Positions 51,573 to 61,991 are shown, counted from the stretch's first letter. The stretch is 64,000 nucleotides of DNA from Candidatus Bathyarchaeia archaeon (GCA_050015395.1 JBEKBM010000002.1:1-64000), one strand, 5' to 3'. Made by a program: numbers and translations. Notes: generated by a model not told the origin, from the sequence alone.

Positions 51573-53136
51573 AACAGGTAAAGTTCTCTTGATTACAGGT
51601 GCGCTGGCAGAGGACACGGTTAAACGCTATGCACAAGAAAGCAGCGTAAACACCGAAATAGTTGCCCTCAAGATTCCAGTTGCTGCCCTGTTAACTCCTG
51701 AAACCATCGCCAAAGGCCTAAAAGATGTTGACGTTAAGGGTTTTGACGTGATTTTGGTGCCAGGGCTCGTCCGAGGAGACACATCCGTAATTACAAAAGC
51801 GTTCGGCGTCCAGACCTTTAAAGGTCCAAGGTACGCTGCAGATTTGCCAACGGTGCTGGATTCGCTGAGAGAAGTTCAGCTTTCAACAGTTGTGCCCGCG
51901 TGCGATTTGCTGCGAGAGAAGCTTCAGAAAAAAGCCTTGAAGGAAATAGAGAAGGCAGAGCAAAATCGTGAGGCGCTGCTTAAGAAGCCTAGCAGCATGC
52001 TGATTGGGGACTTGGCGGTTGGCAGAGACTTTCCCATGCGCGTCTTGGCTGAAATCGTTGATGCACCATTAATGGATAAGGAAACAATTCAGCGGTTAGC
52101 AAAACGTTTCGTCATGGCTGGCGCGGACATTATTGATGTTGGTATGGTTGCAGGCGAATCGAAGCCTTCAGATGCCAGACGTATTGTTCAAGCGGTTAAA
52201 GAGGTTGTGGATGTGCCTGTGAGCATAGATTCGCTTGACCCAGCAGAGATTCGAGAGGCGGTTCACGCTGGCGTAGACCTCGTATTGAGTGCGGATGCAG
52301 GAAACATTGAAGCGATTGCACCCTATATCTCTAATGTTGCTGTGGTTGTTATTCCGACAAATCAGCGCCAGGGCTATTTTCCTAAAAAAGCTGAAGAACG
52401 CGTCCAGTTACTAGAGCAAATAATTCAGCAAGCAAAGAAGTTAGGCGTGACAAGATGCATAGCGGATTTGATTCTTGAGCCATCAGACGTTTTGGAATCG
52501 TTTATTGCTTTTCGCCAATTCGCTGACAGAAACCCGAATGTGCCGTTGTTTGTTGGTGTTTCGAATGTTACTGAATTGATGGATGCGGATTCCGTGGGCA
52601 TTAATGCTTTGCTGGCGCGCTTATCATCTGAGGTGGGCGCAAGCATACTGTTGGCGACCGAAAAAAGTGACAAAGCGAAAGGAACTGTTGGCGAGGAAGT
52701 TGCTGCGGCTAAGATGATGTTTCTGGCAAAAAAACGTTGTTCAGTCCCCAAAGATCTCGGCGTAGACTTGCTGTTGTTTAAGGACAAAAGGAACCGGGAA
52801 GAACTGTATGATAAAGCGTTTGAAAAAAACGTGCAGGTGATTGCGGCCGAAAAATCGGATTTGACAGAATTGGATGCACTGGGTTCATTCACAATCGTGG
52901 TGGACCGCATTAATGAATACGTCGTGGCGTTGCATTATTCTCATGCGAAGATGGAGAAACCGGATAAGATAATCAAGGGCAAAACCGCTGAAGCCATCTG
53001 CTCAAAGATTATTGAATTAGGTTTGGTTTCAAGAGAAGACCACGTAGCGTACTTGGGAAGCGAATTGGCAAAAGCCGAAATCGCCCTGCGAACAGGGAAA
53101 GAGTACATTCAAGATAGAGCGATGTTTACAAAGTAG
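51562..53136 (+). CDS. Dihydropteroate synthase-related protein (methanopterin pathway, MJ0107-like)
   Basis: KVLLITG, VLAEIVDAP, GADIIDVG, SIDS, NVTELMDADSVG.NA, H..YLG.EL.KAEIAL..GK.YIQD. Confidence 0.85.
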   Translation: MSIKTGKVLLITGALAEDTVKRYAQESSVNTEIVALKIPVAALLTPETIAKGLKDVDVKGFDVILVPGLVRGDTSVITKAFGVQTFKGPRYAADLPTVLDSLREVQLSTVVPACDLLREKLQKKALKEIEKAEQNREALLKKPSSMLIGDLAVGRDFPMRVLAEIVDAPLMDKETIQRLAKRFVMAGADIIDVGMVAGESKPSDARRIVQAVKEVVDVPVSIDSLDPAEIREAVHAGVDLVLSADAGNIEAIAPYISNVAVVVIPTNQRQGYFPKKAEERVQLLEQIIQQAKKLGVTRCIADLILEPSDVLESFIAFRQFADRNPNVPLFVGVSNVTELMDADSVGINALLARLSSEVGASILLATEKSDKAKGTVGEEVAAAKMMFLAKKRCSVPKDLGVDLLLFKDKRNREELYDKAFEKNVQVIAAEKSDLTELDALGSFTIVVDRINEYVVALHYSHAKMEKPDKIIKGKTAEAICSKIIELGLVSREDHVAYLGSELAKAEIALRTGKEYIQDRAMFTK

Positions 53137-53398
53137 TGGTTTCAGAAGCCAACTTTTCTTGCGTTGATTTTGCTTCATAAAATCTTCTCCAAAAACAACA
53201 CTTCGATATTGACACATAAATGTAAATTTTGACTGCTGAAAAAGCATGGGAAAAACCCCCAGATTAGTCGCCTGATTTTAGGGTTATTTTGCTTATAGCG
53301 CCTATTTTTGAACCATTTTAGTGGATGCGTCAGAATGTTTAGCCTTTAGCAAATTTTAAATACAAATTGAAGTCAATTGTAACTTTGAGGTTATTAGA

Positions 53399-53449
53399 GT
53401 GGCTAAGGCTCCAAAGAAAGAAGATAAAAAGGGTAAAAAGAAGAAATAA
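53399..53449 (+). CDS. 16-aa Lys-rich micropeptide MAKAPKKEDKKGKKKK
   Basis: TTTAAATA box ~53355, GAGGT RBS, GTG start, T-rich tract downstream. Confidence 0.5.
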   Translation: MAKAPKKEDKKGKKKK

Positions 53450-53654
53450 GGCGCTTTCAAAGTTTGCCTAAACCCTCATTTTCTTTTTTCACAAAAAATA
53501 CTCGCTTCCTTCAATGATGTGGCAAATTAGACATAAAAAGTGTTATAACTATTCAAAATAGCACCTTAGCCTTTTTTTTGACGGGTTGAAGTAATTGGCT
53601 AAACGAAGCTTTATCTTTTTAAAAGTAAATAACTAGATTGAACAGTGAATATGT

Positions 53655-54578
53655 TTGGAAAGCAATCCGTTAAGTACACGCCTTGCAGGCTTGGAGCTGG
53701 AAAACCCAACCATTCTGGCATCTGGAATATTGGGTTACTCGGCTGAATCGCTTCACCGCGTTGCCAAGGGCGGCGCAGGAGCGGTAGTTACAAAATCCAT
53801 CGGTATAGAACCAAGAGTTGGCTATGCGAATCCAACGGTGGTTCAGGCAGAAAGCGGATTAATCAACGCTATGGGGCTGCCGAACCCTGGCATCGACTTG
53901 TACGCACAAGAAATAAAGTACTCAAAAATCATCTTGCGCCTTCCGCTTATAGTTAGCGTGTTTGGTTACTCAGCAGAGGAATACGCAACAGTTGCCAAAA
54001 AAGCCGTTGCTGCAGGCGCCGACGCAGTCGAGCTTAATGTTTCCTGTCCGCATGTTAAGCAAACTGGCGCAGAAATCGGTCAAAACCCTAAACTGCTCTC
54101 TGAAGTGGTTGAAATGGTGAAGGCGGCAGTTGGTAAACCTGTAATTGTGAAGCTATCTCCAAACGTTGCAGATATAGCCGCAATAGCTCGGGCAGCAGTT
54201 GAGTCTGGCGCAGACGCTCTAACCGCTGTGAACACGCTGAAGGCGATGGCGATTGATTCTGAAACGATGCGTCCAATTTTAAGCAATATTAAAGGCGGCT
54301 TGTCTGGTCCAGCCATCAAGCCAGTAGCCCTACGATGCGTATATGACATTCGCGAGGAGTTGCCTGATGTGCCAATAATAGGCTGCGGCGGAATAACGGA
54401 TTGGCGTGATGCCGTTGAGTTTTTCTTAGCTGGCGCTTCCGCAGTTCAAGTTGGCAGTGCCATAGCGTTGGAGGACACGGAGGTTTTCCAAGCTATAACT
54501 AAGGGAGTGGAAGTTTATTTGAGAAAGAAACATGTTGGGAGTGTGAGAGAAATTGTCGGCCTCGCTCATCGCAGCTAA
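53655..54578 (+). CDS. pyrD: Dihydroorotate dehydrogenase 1B catalytic subunit
   Basis: NAMGLPNPG, ELNVSCPH, VKLSPN, GGLSGPAIKP. Confidence 0.95.
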   Translation: MESNPLSTRLAGLELENPTILASGILGYSAESLHRVAKGGAGAVVTKSIGIEPRVGYANPTVVQAESGLINAMGLPNPGIDLYAQEIKYSKIILRLPLIVSVFGYSAEEYATVAKKAVAAGADAVELNVSCPHVKQTGAEIGQNPKLLSEVVEMVKAAVGKPVIVKLSPNVADIAAIARAAVESGADALTAVNTLKAMAIDSETMRPILSNIKGGLSGPAIKPVALRCVYDIREELPDVPIIGCGGITDWRDAVEFFLAGASAVQVGSAIALEDTEVFQAITKGVEVYLRKKHVGSVREIVGLAHRS

Positions 54579-55371
54579 CACGCTTAGAACGATGGAAATC
54601 GTGCAGGTTAGAGTTGAGAGTCCAACCGTTAAAACTTTCATCATGCCTGATAGGTTATGCTCTAAAGCTAAGCCAGGGCAGTTCTTGATGCTTTGGATTC
54701 CAGGCGTGGATGAAATCCCGCTGAGCATAATGGACGCAAGTAACGGGCTGGTCTCCGTGTCGGTGAAGCAGGTTGGCGATGCAACACGGCATTTGCACAG
54801 CATGGCGGCAGGCGAAACCGTCGGCGTACGCGGACCTTTCGGTAACAGTTTCACTGAAAGCAGAGGCAGAGTCCTCTTGGTAAGCGGTGGAACGGGAACG
54901 GCGCCTTTGCTGTTTTTGGCAAAGCAGCTTTCAGCTAAAACTGAACGGTTGTCCTTCGTTGAAGGCGCCAAAACCAAAGATGAACTGCTCTTTATTCGGG
55001 AGCTTAACGGTGTCTGTAATGAGAAAAGCTTGATTACAACAACAGAAGACGGCACATACGGCTTGCAATGCTTAGTAACTGAGCCATTAAACAGCCTGTT
55101 GGACAGAGAAAAATTCGACATGATCTACACATGCGGTCCAGAAGTCATGATAAAGAAAATCTTTGAATTAACAGAACAACGCAAACTGCCCATAGAAGCA
55201 AGCCTAGAGAGGCTAATGCGCTGCGGCATAGGCTTATGCGGAAGCTGCGTCATCGGCAAATACCGCGTCTGCAGAGATGGCCCAGTTTTCACCGCTGCAC
55301 AATTGAGGGAAGTTAAGGACGAGCTGGGAATTTCGAAGATTGGCTTTGACGGCTCGAGAATACCCTTCTAA
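54553..55371 (+). CDS. pyrK: Dihydroorotate dehydrogenase electron transfer subunit
   Basis: PGQFLMLW, RGPFG, CGPE.M, CGIGLCGSC...C.DGPVF. Confidence 0.93.
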   Translation: MSASLIAANTLRTMEIVQVRVESPTVKTFIMPDRLCSKAKPGQFLMLWIPGVDEIPLSIMDASNGLVSVSVKQVGDATRHLHSMAAGETVGVRGPFGNSFTESRGRVLLVSGGTGTAPLLFLAKQLSAKTERLSFVEGAKTKDELLFIRELNGVCNEKSLITTTEDGTYGLQCLVTEPLNSLLDREKFDMIYTCGPEVMIKKIFELTEQRKLPIEASLERLMRCGIGLCGSCVIGKYRVCRDGPVFTAAQLREVKDELGISKIGFDGSRIPF

Positions 55372-55384
55372 ACGGCGTTTTATC

Positions 55385-55672
55385 ATGAGTTTGCCTCAGG
55401 CGGAAATGGAAGAGCTCGTTCGCAAAGCCATCCTTCTCTACAACAGGGTTAGGAGCCCAGAGGTCACGGTTAAACTTATGTTCGTCTCGCCTGCGATGCT
55501 TAAGGTTTCTTTTTTGGGAGGCTTTTGCTACGGCTGTGGCGTAATGGATTATGTGGAAGGGTTCGCTCAACAATTCAAAGCCTTAAGCGGCAAAGCAGAG
55601 CTGAAGATTGGAAAAACAAAGCAGATAAACCCAAGAAACTTCGAAGCAGACTACATCATCAAAATCAAATGA
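55385..55672 (+). CDS. Hypothetical protein with CxxC
   Basis: YNRVRSPE...F.GGFCYGCGV.DY. Confidence 0.7.
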   Translation: MSLPQAEMEELVRKAILLYNRVRSPEVTVKLMFVSPAMLKVSFLGGFCYGCGVMDYVEGFAQQFKALSGKAELKIGKTKQINPRNFEADYIIKIK

Positions 55673-55724
55673 GCAAGGGCTTCATCCAAAAAGGTGTCCA
55701 TTAGCTCTGTGAAACGGGGGCCGA

Positions 55725-56087
55725 TTAATCGGAACTACGTACAGTTTCTTCTTTCATTTTAGTTAATGCTTCTTCAACTAAAGGTAGCACCGTGGGCAAG
55801 CGCTCTTTAATTGTCTTCCACACAACATCGAGTTGAACACCAAAATATCCATGTATCAATTTATCTCTCATTCCAGCCATATCTTTCCAAGGCACCTTTG
55901 GGTATTCCTGTCTTATCCTTCCAGGTATGTGCTTAGTAGCTTCACCAATAATCTCAAAATTCCTAATTACCGCATCAACGGTTCTTCTATCTTTAGCAAA
56001 TGCATCATAAGTCAGCCCTTTTGTGTACTCCTCTATGGCGTTAATGGCTTCAATTATATCTTCAATGTAAACCTGAAAATCTCTCAA
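55725..56087 (-). CDS. HepT (DUF86/HEPN) toxin
   Basis: DAVIRNFEIIGEA, GMRDKLIHGY (RX4HXY). Confidence 0.92.
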   Translation of the reverse strand: MRDFQVYIEDIIEAINAIEEYTKGLTYDAFAKDRRTVDAVIRNFEIIGEATKHIPGRIRQEYPKVPWKDMAGMRDKLIHGYFGVQLDVVWKTIKERLPTVLPLVEEALTKMKEETVRSSD

Positions 56088-56389
56088 AGGTAAACAGTCT
56101 CGCTTAAAATTTTTTCTTTCAGGCGAGGTTTAATGCCTTCTTTCATAACGAGGTCAACTTTCACTCCCAAAATATCGCTTAAATAATTTTCAAGCTCAAC
56201 AAACGAGAAAAGGTCGATTGTTTCATAAAAGGTAACCAGTATATCTACATCACTTTTTTTCGTTTGCTCTTCTCTCACGTAAGAGCCAAAAATTCCAATA
56301 TCTTTAACTTTGAATTTTTTCGAGAGTTCTTCCTTGTGTTCAGCTAAAGTTTCTTTTAGCTTTTCAAGTGTTTTCATTTCTATCTGCAA
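56084..56389 (-). CDS. MntA minimal nucleotidyltransferase antitoxin
   Basis: FGSYVR....SDVDILV, VDLV. Confidence 0.92.
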   Translation of the reverse strand: MQIEMKTLEKLKETLAEHKEELSKKFKVKDIGIFGSYVREEQTKKSDVDILVTFYETIDLFSFVELENYLSDILGVKVDLVMKEGIKPRLKEKILSETVYL

Positions 56390-56501
56390 ATGAGTAAGTA
56401 TATTTACCTTTTAAAGGATGCGTGAAATAACTTATTGAGGCATAAGATTGCCAACTAAAAGATTGTTTAAACAAAAACCGGCTGCGTAAGAGCATCAGTG
56501 A

Positions 56502-56521
56502 GGGTTAATTCCCATCCCCAG
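56502..56521 (+). repeat. tRNA 3'-end relic (att-like)
   Basis: GGGTTAATTCCCATCCCCAG, matches the copy at 57362. Confidence 0.6.
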
Positions 56522-56608
56522 GTAAGCTTTCTCATTTAGATTTTTATGAATAGTAGGAATCTTCTTATCATACGGGTTTGTTATACTGTATTGGTAATAC
56601 CTGTGGCA

Positions 56609-56833
56609 ATGGACGAAACTGTTTGCGCAAAGGTTCCAGCTGAACTTAAGAAAAAGTTATCCAGCTTAGGCGTAAATGTAAGTGAACTGATAAGAGAAAC
56701 CTTGCAGTCAGAAGTAGACCGATTGGAAAGAGAACGCCTAAACAAACTCGCCAAAGAGGTATCAGAAATTCTTAAAAAGATTCCACCTGAAGAATTTAAT
56801 GAATCCATTCGGGCTACAAGGGACAGCAGATGA
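56609..56833 (+). CDS. RHH antitoxin (VapB-like)
   Basis: TVCAKVP.ELKKKL..LGVNVSELIR. Confidence 0.8.
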   Translation: MDETVCAKVPAELKKKLSSLGVNVSELIRETLQSEVDRLERERLNKLAKEVSEILKKIPPEEFNESIRATRDSR

Positions 56834-57252
56834 CAAAGTCGCAGTTACTGTTTGACTCTAACGCCATATACAAGCTTATTAGAGAACTGCCACAGGACGC
56901 CGTTGAAAAACTAGTTAAAGGCACAACGATTTATTTAGCGTACTACGAGCTGGGCAATGCGTTGTGGAGAGAATGTCTTTTGCTTAAAAGGATAAGTATT
57001 GAAGAGGCTGAAAAATCATTGGATTTGATGTACTCGATTCTTGAACGTATGCAGGTAGCCTCGCTTGATAATGAGACAGGAAGCGAAGTATTGGACACTG
57101 CGTACAAATTTAACTTGACATTTTATGACACAGCTTATCTTATAGAGGCAAAGAAATCTGACAAGATGTTAGTCACAGACGACATAAAACTTGCCAAAGC
57201 AGCAGAAAACTTGGGCATAAAAACCTTATCCAGCAAGACGCTTATGCAATAA
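56830..57252 (+). CDS. vapC: VapC PIN toxin
   Basis: LFDSNA, YELGNALW, LTFYDTAYL, LVTDD. Confidence 0.88.
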   Translation: MTKSQLLFDSNAIYKLIRELPQDAVEKLVKGTTIYLAYYELGNALWRECLLLKRISIEEAEKSLDLMYSILERMQVASLDNETGSEVLDTAYKFNLTFYDTAYLIEAKKSDKMLVTDDIKLAKAAENLGIKTLSSKTLMQ

Positions 57253-57340
57253 TTGTCTGACAAACTTGAGACGCAATTGGAAAAAAGGCAACAGACTAAC
57301 TGTTTATTTAGCCTTCACGTTAGGCATCAATAATTAGACC

Positions 57341-57383
57341 GACTGCAGAGCTGTTGTATATGGGTTCAATTCCCATCCCCAGT
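57341..57383 (+). pseudogene. tRNA-Cys(GCA) 3'-half relic
   Basis: GACTGCAGA anticodon loop, ATGGG-TTCAATT-CCCAT T-arm, CCCCAG acceptor side; no 5' half. Confidence 0.6.
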
Positions 57384-57525
57384 TCAATTTCTAAGTTCAG
57401 TGCTTGGATTACTTTATAGAATCATCGAATTAGCCAAGCGGTGTACCTTATGCGCAATCTTATTACCTTAGGCAATGCCCAAAGTAAGTTAAAGATTAAG
57501 AATAAGATACTGGCGGTAAATTGCT

Positions 57526-58419
57526 GTGCATGCTTTGGAATTGAATGATGTATCTTCGGGGTATAATGGGCAAATCGTCTTGCATAATATTAGCTTTAAA
57601 CTGCAAGAGCCGTCAATATATGTTGTTTTAGGCCCTAACGGCGCGGGCAAGACAACTTTGTTCAGAACAATCGCTGGCATACTAGAGCCATACAGCGGGA
57701 AGATCCTGCTCGATAACGAAAACACAACAACATCAGGCGAAGTGAGAACAAGAATGAGCTATCTCTCACAGTATAACGCAATGCCTGAAGAGATGACTGT
57801 GTATGACGCACTAAAGTTTTATTCTGATATAGAAGGCGGAAATCCTGACGAGGTGATTGATCTGCTGGACCTTGGCCAACTGAAAAATAAAAAGTTCTCT
57901 GATCTTTCACAGGGACAAAAAAAGAGAGCTGCCATCGCAAAGGTGTTTCTTCACGAAAGCGATTTGTACTTGCTGGATGAACCCACCGCGAATTTAGACC
58001 CAGCGGTTTCAAAGGAAATCCGAGACATCATTCTAAAACTAAGTAAAGACAAAATGATTCTGTACTCTTCCCATAACCTCTATGAAGCAACCGACATTGG
58101 AACATACCTAATTTTAATCAAAAACGGTTCCGTAACATTGTTTGATAAGATCTCAAACATTAAACCGAAACAGTACCGAGTAGGCATCAAAGCCTCAACA
58201 GACATATCAAGAATTATAGACGCCCAACGCGAGGGCGATTACTTTGTTTTGAATGTGTCTAGCCCCGAGGAAGCAGGGCTCGCGTTGAAGAAATTGGTTG
58301 AAAGTGGGGTTTTGGTAACTGAAATGCGTCAGCTTGATAATCCCTTGCAAGAGCTTTTTGAGTCATCCAGTGAAAAAACGGAAAAAACACAAAAGGAGCC
58401 ACAGCAAGTTGCCAAATAA
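57526..58419 (+). CDS. ABC exporter ATPase
   Basis: GPNGAGKT, LSQGQ, LLDEPT, SSH. Confidence 0.92.
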   Translation: MHALELNDVSSGYNGQIVLHNISFKLQEPSIYVVLGPNGAGKTTLFRTIAGILEPYSGKILLDNENTTTSGEVRTRMSYLSQYNAMPEEMTVYDALKFYSDIEGGNPDEVIDLLDLGQLKNKKFSDLSQGQKKRAAIAKVFLHESDLYLLDEPTANLDPAVSKEIRDIILKLSKDKMILYSSHNLYEATDIGTYLILIKNGSVTLFDKISNIKPKQYRVGIKASTDISRIIDAQREGDYFVLNVSSPEEAGLALKKLVESGVLVTEMRQLDNPLQELFESSSEKTEKTQKEPQQVAK

Positions 58420-59083
58420 TACATTGATTTTCGCTAAAAGAAGCCTCAGTTTGAGCAAAATATATTCTGGAATGGGGATTTTCTTTGCTGCCTTTGGAAC
58501 CTTCATAGCAGACGCCATTACCTTTCTTGCTAAAGGTGCGCCTGAAGCAGTTTTTCTTATTGCTGTTCCGTTTATGGCTCTTGGAATTCTTATATTCACC
58601 ACATCTATTATTCTGCTTTACGTCTATGACAAAAACAATGGAGTTTTGGAGTATCTACTTTCACTCGGCTGGAGTCAAAGCGACATCTTTAAAAGTTACT
58701 TAAAAACCGCGCTCTTCCTTGCACTAACTCTTTTCATTGCCGAATTCGCCGCCAATGTCGTCTCAAGCGTTATTGCAGGGACAACACTTTTAGCTCTAGT
58801 GCTGTTAGCTCTCACCGCCGCGCTTGGTTTCTCTGCCGTTTCTTTAGCTACAGTTTCTATGATGGCTTTCAGTTCATTACAAAAACAGAGAGTGGGCGCC
58901 AATAGTCCTCTTGCTTTGACGATCGGCGCCGTGGTTATCATTCCAACATTTTATATTTCGTTCTTACCATTTTCTATCGCCTTCCTAGTTGACTTGTCTA
59001 TTGCTGTGGTTGCAGGTGGCCTGTCAATTGTGTTGCTGATTTTGTCAAGCAGACTAATTAGAAGGGAAAAAATGCTTCCATAA
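58409..59083 (+). CDS. ABC-2-type permease
   Basis: About six TM segments, YDKNNGVLEYLLS. Confidence 0.78.
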   Translation: MPNNTLIFAKRSLSLSKIYSGMGIFFAAFGTFIADAITFLAKGAPEAVFLIAVPFMALGILIFTTSIILLYVYDKNNGVLEYLLSLGWSQSDIFKSYLKTALFLALTLFIAEFAANVVSSVIAGTTLLALVLLALTAALGFSAVSLATVSMMAFSSLQKQRVGANSPLALTIGAVVIIPTFYISFLPFSIAFLVDLSIAVVAGGLSIVLLILSSRLIRREKMLP

Positions 59084-59381
59084 AAATATCGGGTGAATAA
59101 TAATGATAGTAACAAAAGAATTAACAAAAAGGTTCAAGTTCGGCTCGGCTTGCTTGTTTTTTTGATGCTCATTTTTATAAGCAGCTTTATCGATCTGAAG
59201 TTTTCAAGGTAATTAAGTATGCAAACCACTTCCTTAAACCCTAAGCGGGGAAGGGAATCGCACCTCAAATCAAAAGCCCATCCCCAGCTTTTTAGGCGAA
59301 TCCTAAGCTTTTTGATGAGTTGTTTGAGTTTTTCTATGTGGTGTTGTCTAAAGCGGTTTGGGTTGTTATGAGGTTATGTTG

Positions 59382-59786
59382 TTAGAGGTTTTTTCGGATT
59401 TCTTTGATTTTGTCGAGTAGTTTTGTTTCGGTGCTTTCTGGGGAATTTGCCTCGGGTGGGGGCATAGTATCGTTTGGGTTGCCTGCGGGGCTGATTGTGG
59501 CTTCAAATATGGCGCCTGCAAAGCTCTTTTCCTCCTTGCGCTCGAGGATTTTCATGGTGAGTTTTGGCACTGTTAGGCGTCCGTCAATGGCTGTTTTTGC
59601 CAGGAACTCTTCTTCTCCGTAGCTTTCTGGCTCGAGGGGTTTGACGGAGACTTTTAGCAGTTCACCTGACTCCATTTTGTAGCGCCACCGCAGAAGTGTT
59701 GGAACCGCAAGCCGGTTGTGGCGTTGGAGTTTAGCTTTGAATGTTTCCTGCTTTGTTAGCGGCATGTAGGATGCACCTTTTCCCAT
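59382..59786 (-). CDS. Tandem AbrB-like domain protein
   Basis: FKAKLQRHNRLAVP and FLAKTAIDGRLTVP repeats. Confidence 0.55.
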   Translation of the reverse strand: MGKGASYMPLTKQETFKAKLQRHNRLAVPTLLRWRYKMESGELLKVSVKPLEPESYGEEEFLAKTAIDGRLTVPKLTMKILERKEEKSFAGAIFEATISPAGNPNDTMPPPEANSPESTETKLLDKIKEIRKNL

Positions 59787-59971
59787 CTTCCCGTATCTTT
59801 CTCTACCTTTTTATATCTTTTTTAACCCTGACCTGCAACAGGTTCAAACGCTAAACCAAAAAACCAACCCAAAACACAAACACCCAAAACCCTCCCCCTA
59901 CCACTTTTTACAACAAAAAACCACTAAAGCATCGACGCAAAAGTCAAAAAACAATCAAAAAAAAGAAGAGC

Positions 59972-61153
59972 TTAGGTTTCTTCTTGTGGTAACCCGATCT
60001 TTCGCAAGTAGTCTCTTGCATACCTTGGATTGTAGGCTAACAGCTCTTTGCTTCGCAACAGTCTCCGCTCAAGACGGTCTAACGCCACTCTAAAAGTTGG
60101 TTCAACACCCCAACCCTCGCTTGCACTAAAGAAAGTTCCCCTCACCGTCCTAAACTGCAAACGACAATGAATCAGCGGCGTTCCCCTTAGGCTTGTGTTG
60201 CCATGACTCTTCATGTAGACAAAAAGTGTTCCTAACTGGAAAGCGTCCTGGTACTTATGCGCGAAGGAATCGAATTCTTCCATCATGAATCCCTGCTGAT
60301 CAGGACTTACATCTACGTCTTTAACGCCGAACTGCACCGATAATTTCTTCTCAACAACTTCTAACTGGGAAATTGGCTCAAGAAAGTCACGCTTTGTTAC
60401 AATGCCAACCAGTCGTTCGTTTGAAGTAACTGGTAAACAGGAAATGTCATGATCATGCATTATTTTCTCTGTGTCACGCAAGCTCGTTTGAGGTTCAACC
60501 GTGATAACCGGCCTATTCATTATGCCTTTAGCTGGCACGCTTAGGGTTTCAATTTTTTCTCCAACTATATCTCCAGTTGTCTGGCGCCTCTGCGGCCAAT
60601 AAATATTCTCCAAAACATCTTGAATGCTAATCATGCCTACAAGTTTGCCGCTGTCCATGACTGGAACATGCGAAATACCATACTCCCTCATTAAACTAAG
60701 AACCGCCCCCACAGAACGATTTGCCTCAATAGTGTGAGGCGCACGCGTCATGATTTTCTCTATTGCATTGTTACCCCACTCTTGAAGAACAGCCGCATGA
60801 ATAATATTCTCATCAGTAACAAACCCCAACAGCTTATTCTTCTCAAAAACCGGAAGCTGCCTCATCTCACTCTCAATCATCAACTTAGCCATTTTACTAA
60901 GAGAAAAATCAACAGTAACTGGGGGCGCAACCTTCATCAACGTTCTGACCTTGGTCGCAGTAGAATCAAGTCTTGACCTTAAAATCGAACGCCGAGTAAT
61001 CATGCCTTCATACTTGCCCTTATCATTTAAAACAGCTAAAACCGGAGGCATACCTGTTTCAAATGCTTCTAAACACCGAGACAGTGTATCACTTTCTTGA
61101 ACAGAGTTAAACCCACTTGAATAGACATCTTTAGCAAAAATTAAGCTCGCCAT
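59972..61153 (-). CDS. Four-CBS-domain protein with C-terminal HPF/RaiA-like domain
   Basis: Two CBS pairs, then ...SEGWGVEPTFRVALDRLERRL resembling the HPF terminal helix. Confidence 0.75.
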   Translation of the reverse strand: MASLIFAKDVYSSGFNSVQESDTLSRCLEAFETGMPPVLAVLNDKGKYEGMITRRSILRSRLDSTATKVRTLMKVAPPVTVDFSLSKMAKLMIESEMRQLPVFEKNKLLGFVTDENIIHAAVLQEWGNNAIEKIMTRAPHTIEANRSVGAVLSLMREYGISHVPVMDSGKLVGMISIQDVLENIYWPQRRQTTGDIVGEKIETLSVPAKGIMNRPVITVEPQTSLRDTEKIMHDHDISCLPVTSNERLVGIVTKRDFLEPISQLEVVEKKLSVQFGVKDVDVSPDQQGFMMEEFDSFAHKYQDAFQLGTLFVYMKSHGNTSLRGTPLIHCRLQFRTVRGTFFSASEGWGVEPTFRVALDRLERRLLRSKELLAYNPRYARDYLRKIGLPQEET

Positions 61154-61565
61154 AATAATCCCTTCTCACACAATAGTAAAAGTATAATTTAAACATTGCA
61201 AAATAGCCAAGATGCCAAGGAAGCCAGAGGTAATCCTTATTAGAGCAAAAATATTTACATAATTTCTGTAAAGAACCCAGCGTCTCCTAACCGCTCGCAC
61301 CTTCGCAATAGACACCGATAAATAAAATTCTTCTATTAAAAAACAGGATATGTTCTATAGCAAACAATAACAAAACCAAACATAAAATCAAAAAAAATAC
61401 AGAAAAAAACCTTAAGTTTTAGATAAAAATAGAACAATTCATCCTTACACTTTAAATAAGCCAACTCAGACATAAACTAGTTGAGGAATAAGTCCTCACG
61501 CTAGTTTTATCAAGCCAAAAACCCTTTTTCTCATCCGCTTCTATCATGGAGGGATTTTCGTAGTA

Positions 61566-61949
61566 ATGTCTCTGAACCAAAAAGAATTTGTTGAAGAATT
61601 AAAAATTGAATGGAAAAAGCTCTGGCGCGAAAGAATAGACGATAAAGTTAGAGCTGAAGGCATAGCAGTCAATGACTACAATCAATTGTTCATCGACAAG
61701 GGCACAATAATCCATGCGACAAGAGACTTCAAAGCCTTAAACTTTAAAGAAATCCTAGAAGAACACGAAATCTTGAACGCAGAAAGATATATCCCTCCTG
61801 ACCCACATGTTGGTGGATGGTCAAAATTTGTTAAAATTAATATTACCAGCCAGAAATTGAAAAGAGAAAGGTTAGATCAACTGCCTTCTGAGGAAAAGAA
61901 GGAAAAGCAGCAATTAAAGAAAAATGGTAGAGGCTGGCTACACATCTAG
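61566..61949 (+). CDS. Hypothetical protein
   Basis: 127-aa ORF with GGAGGG RBS. Confidence 0.7.
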   Translation: MSLNQKEFVEELKIEWKKLWRERIDDKVRAEGIAVNDYNQLFIDKGTIIHATRDFKALNFKEILEEHEILNAERYIPPDPHVGGWSKFVKINITSQKLKRERLDQLPSEEKKEKQQLKKNGRGWLHI

Positions 61950-61991
61950 AGTTTTAGAAATTTTTATTTGAGATTTTTAGGGGAAATCAGC

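Noticed and set aside
57341-57383. Functional or split tRNA-Cys
   Set aside because: No 5' half, the anticodon stem does not pair, and no complementary leader was seen
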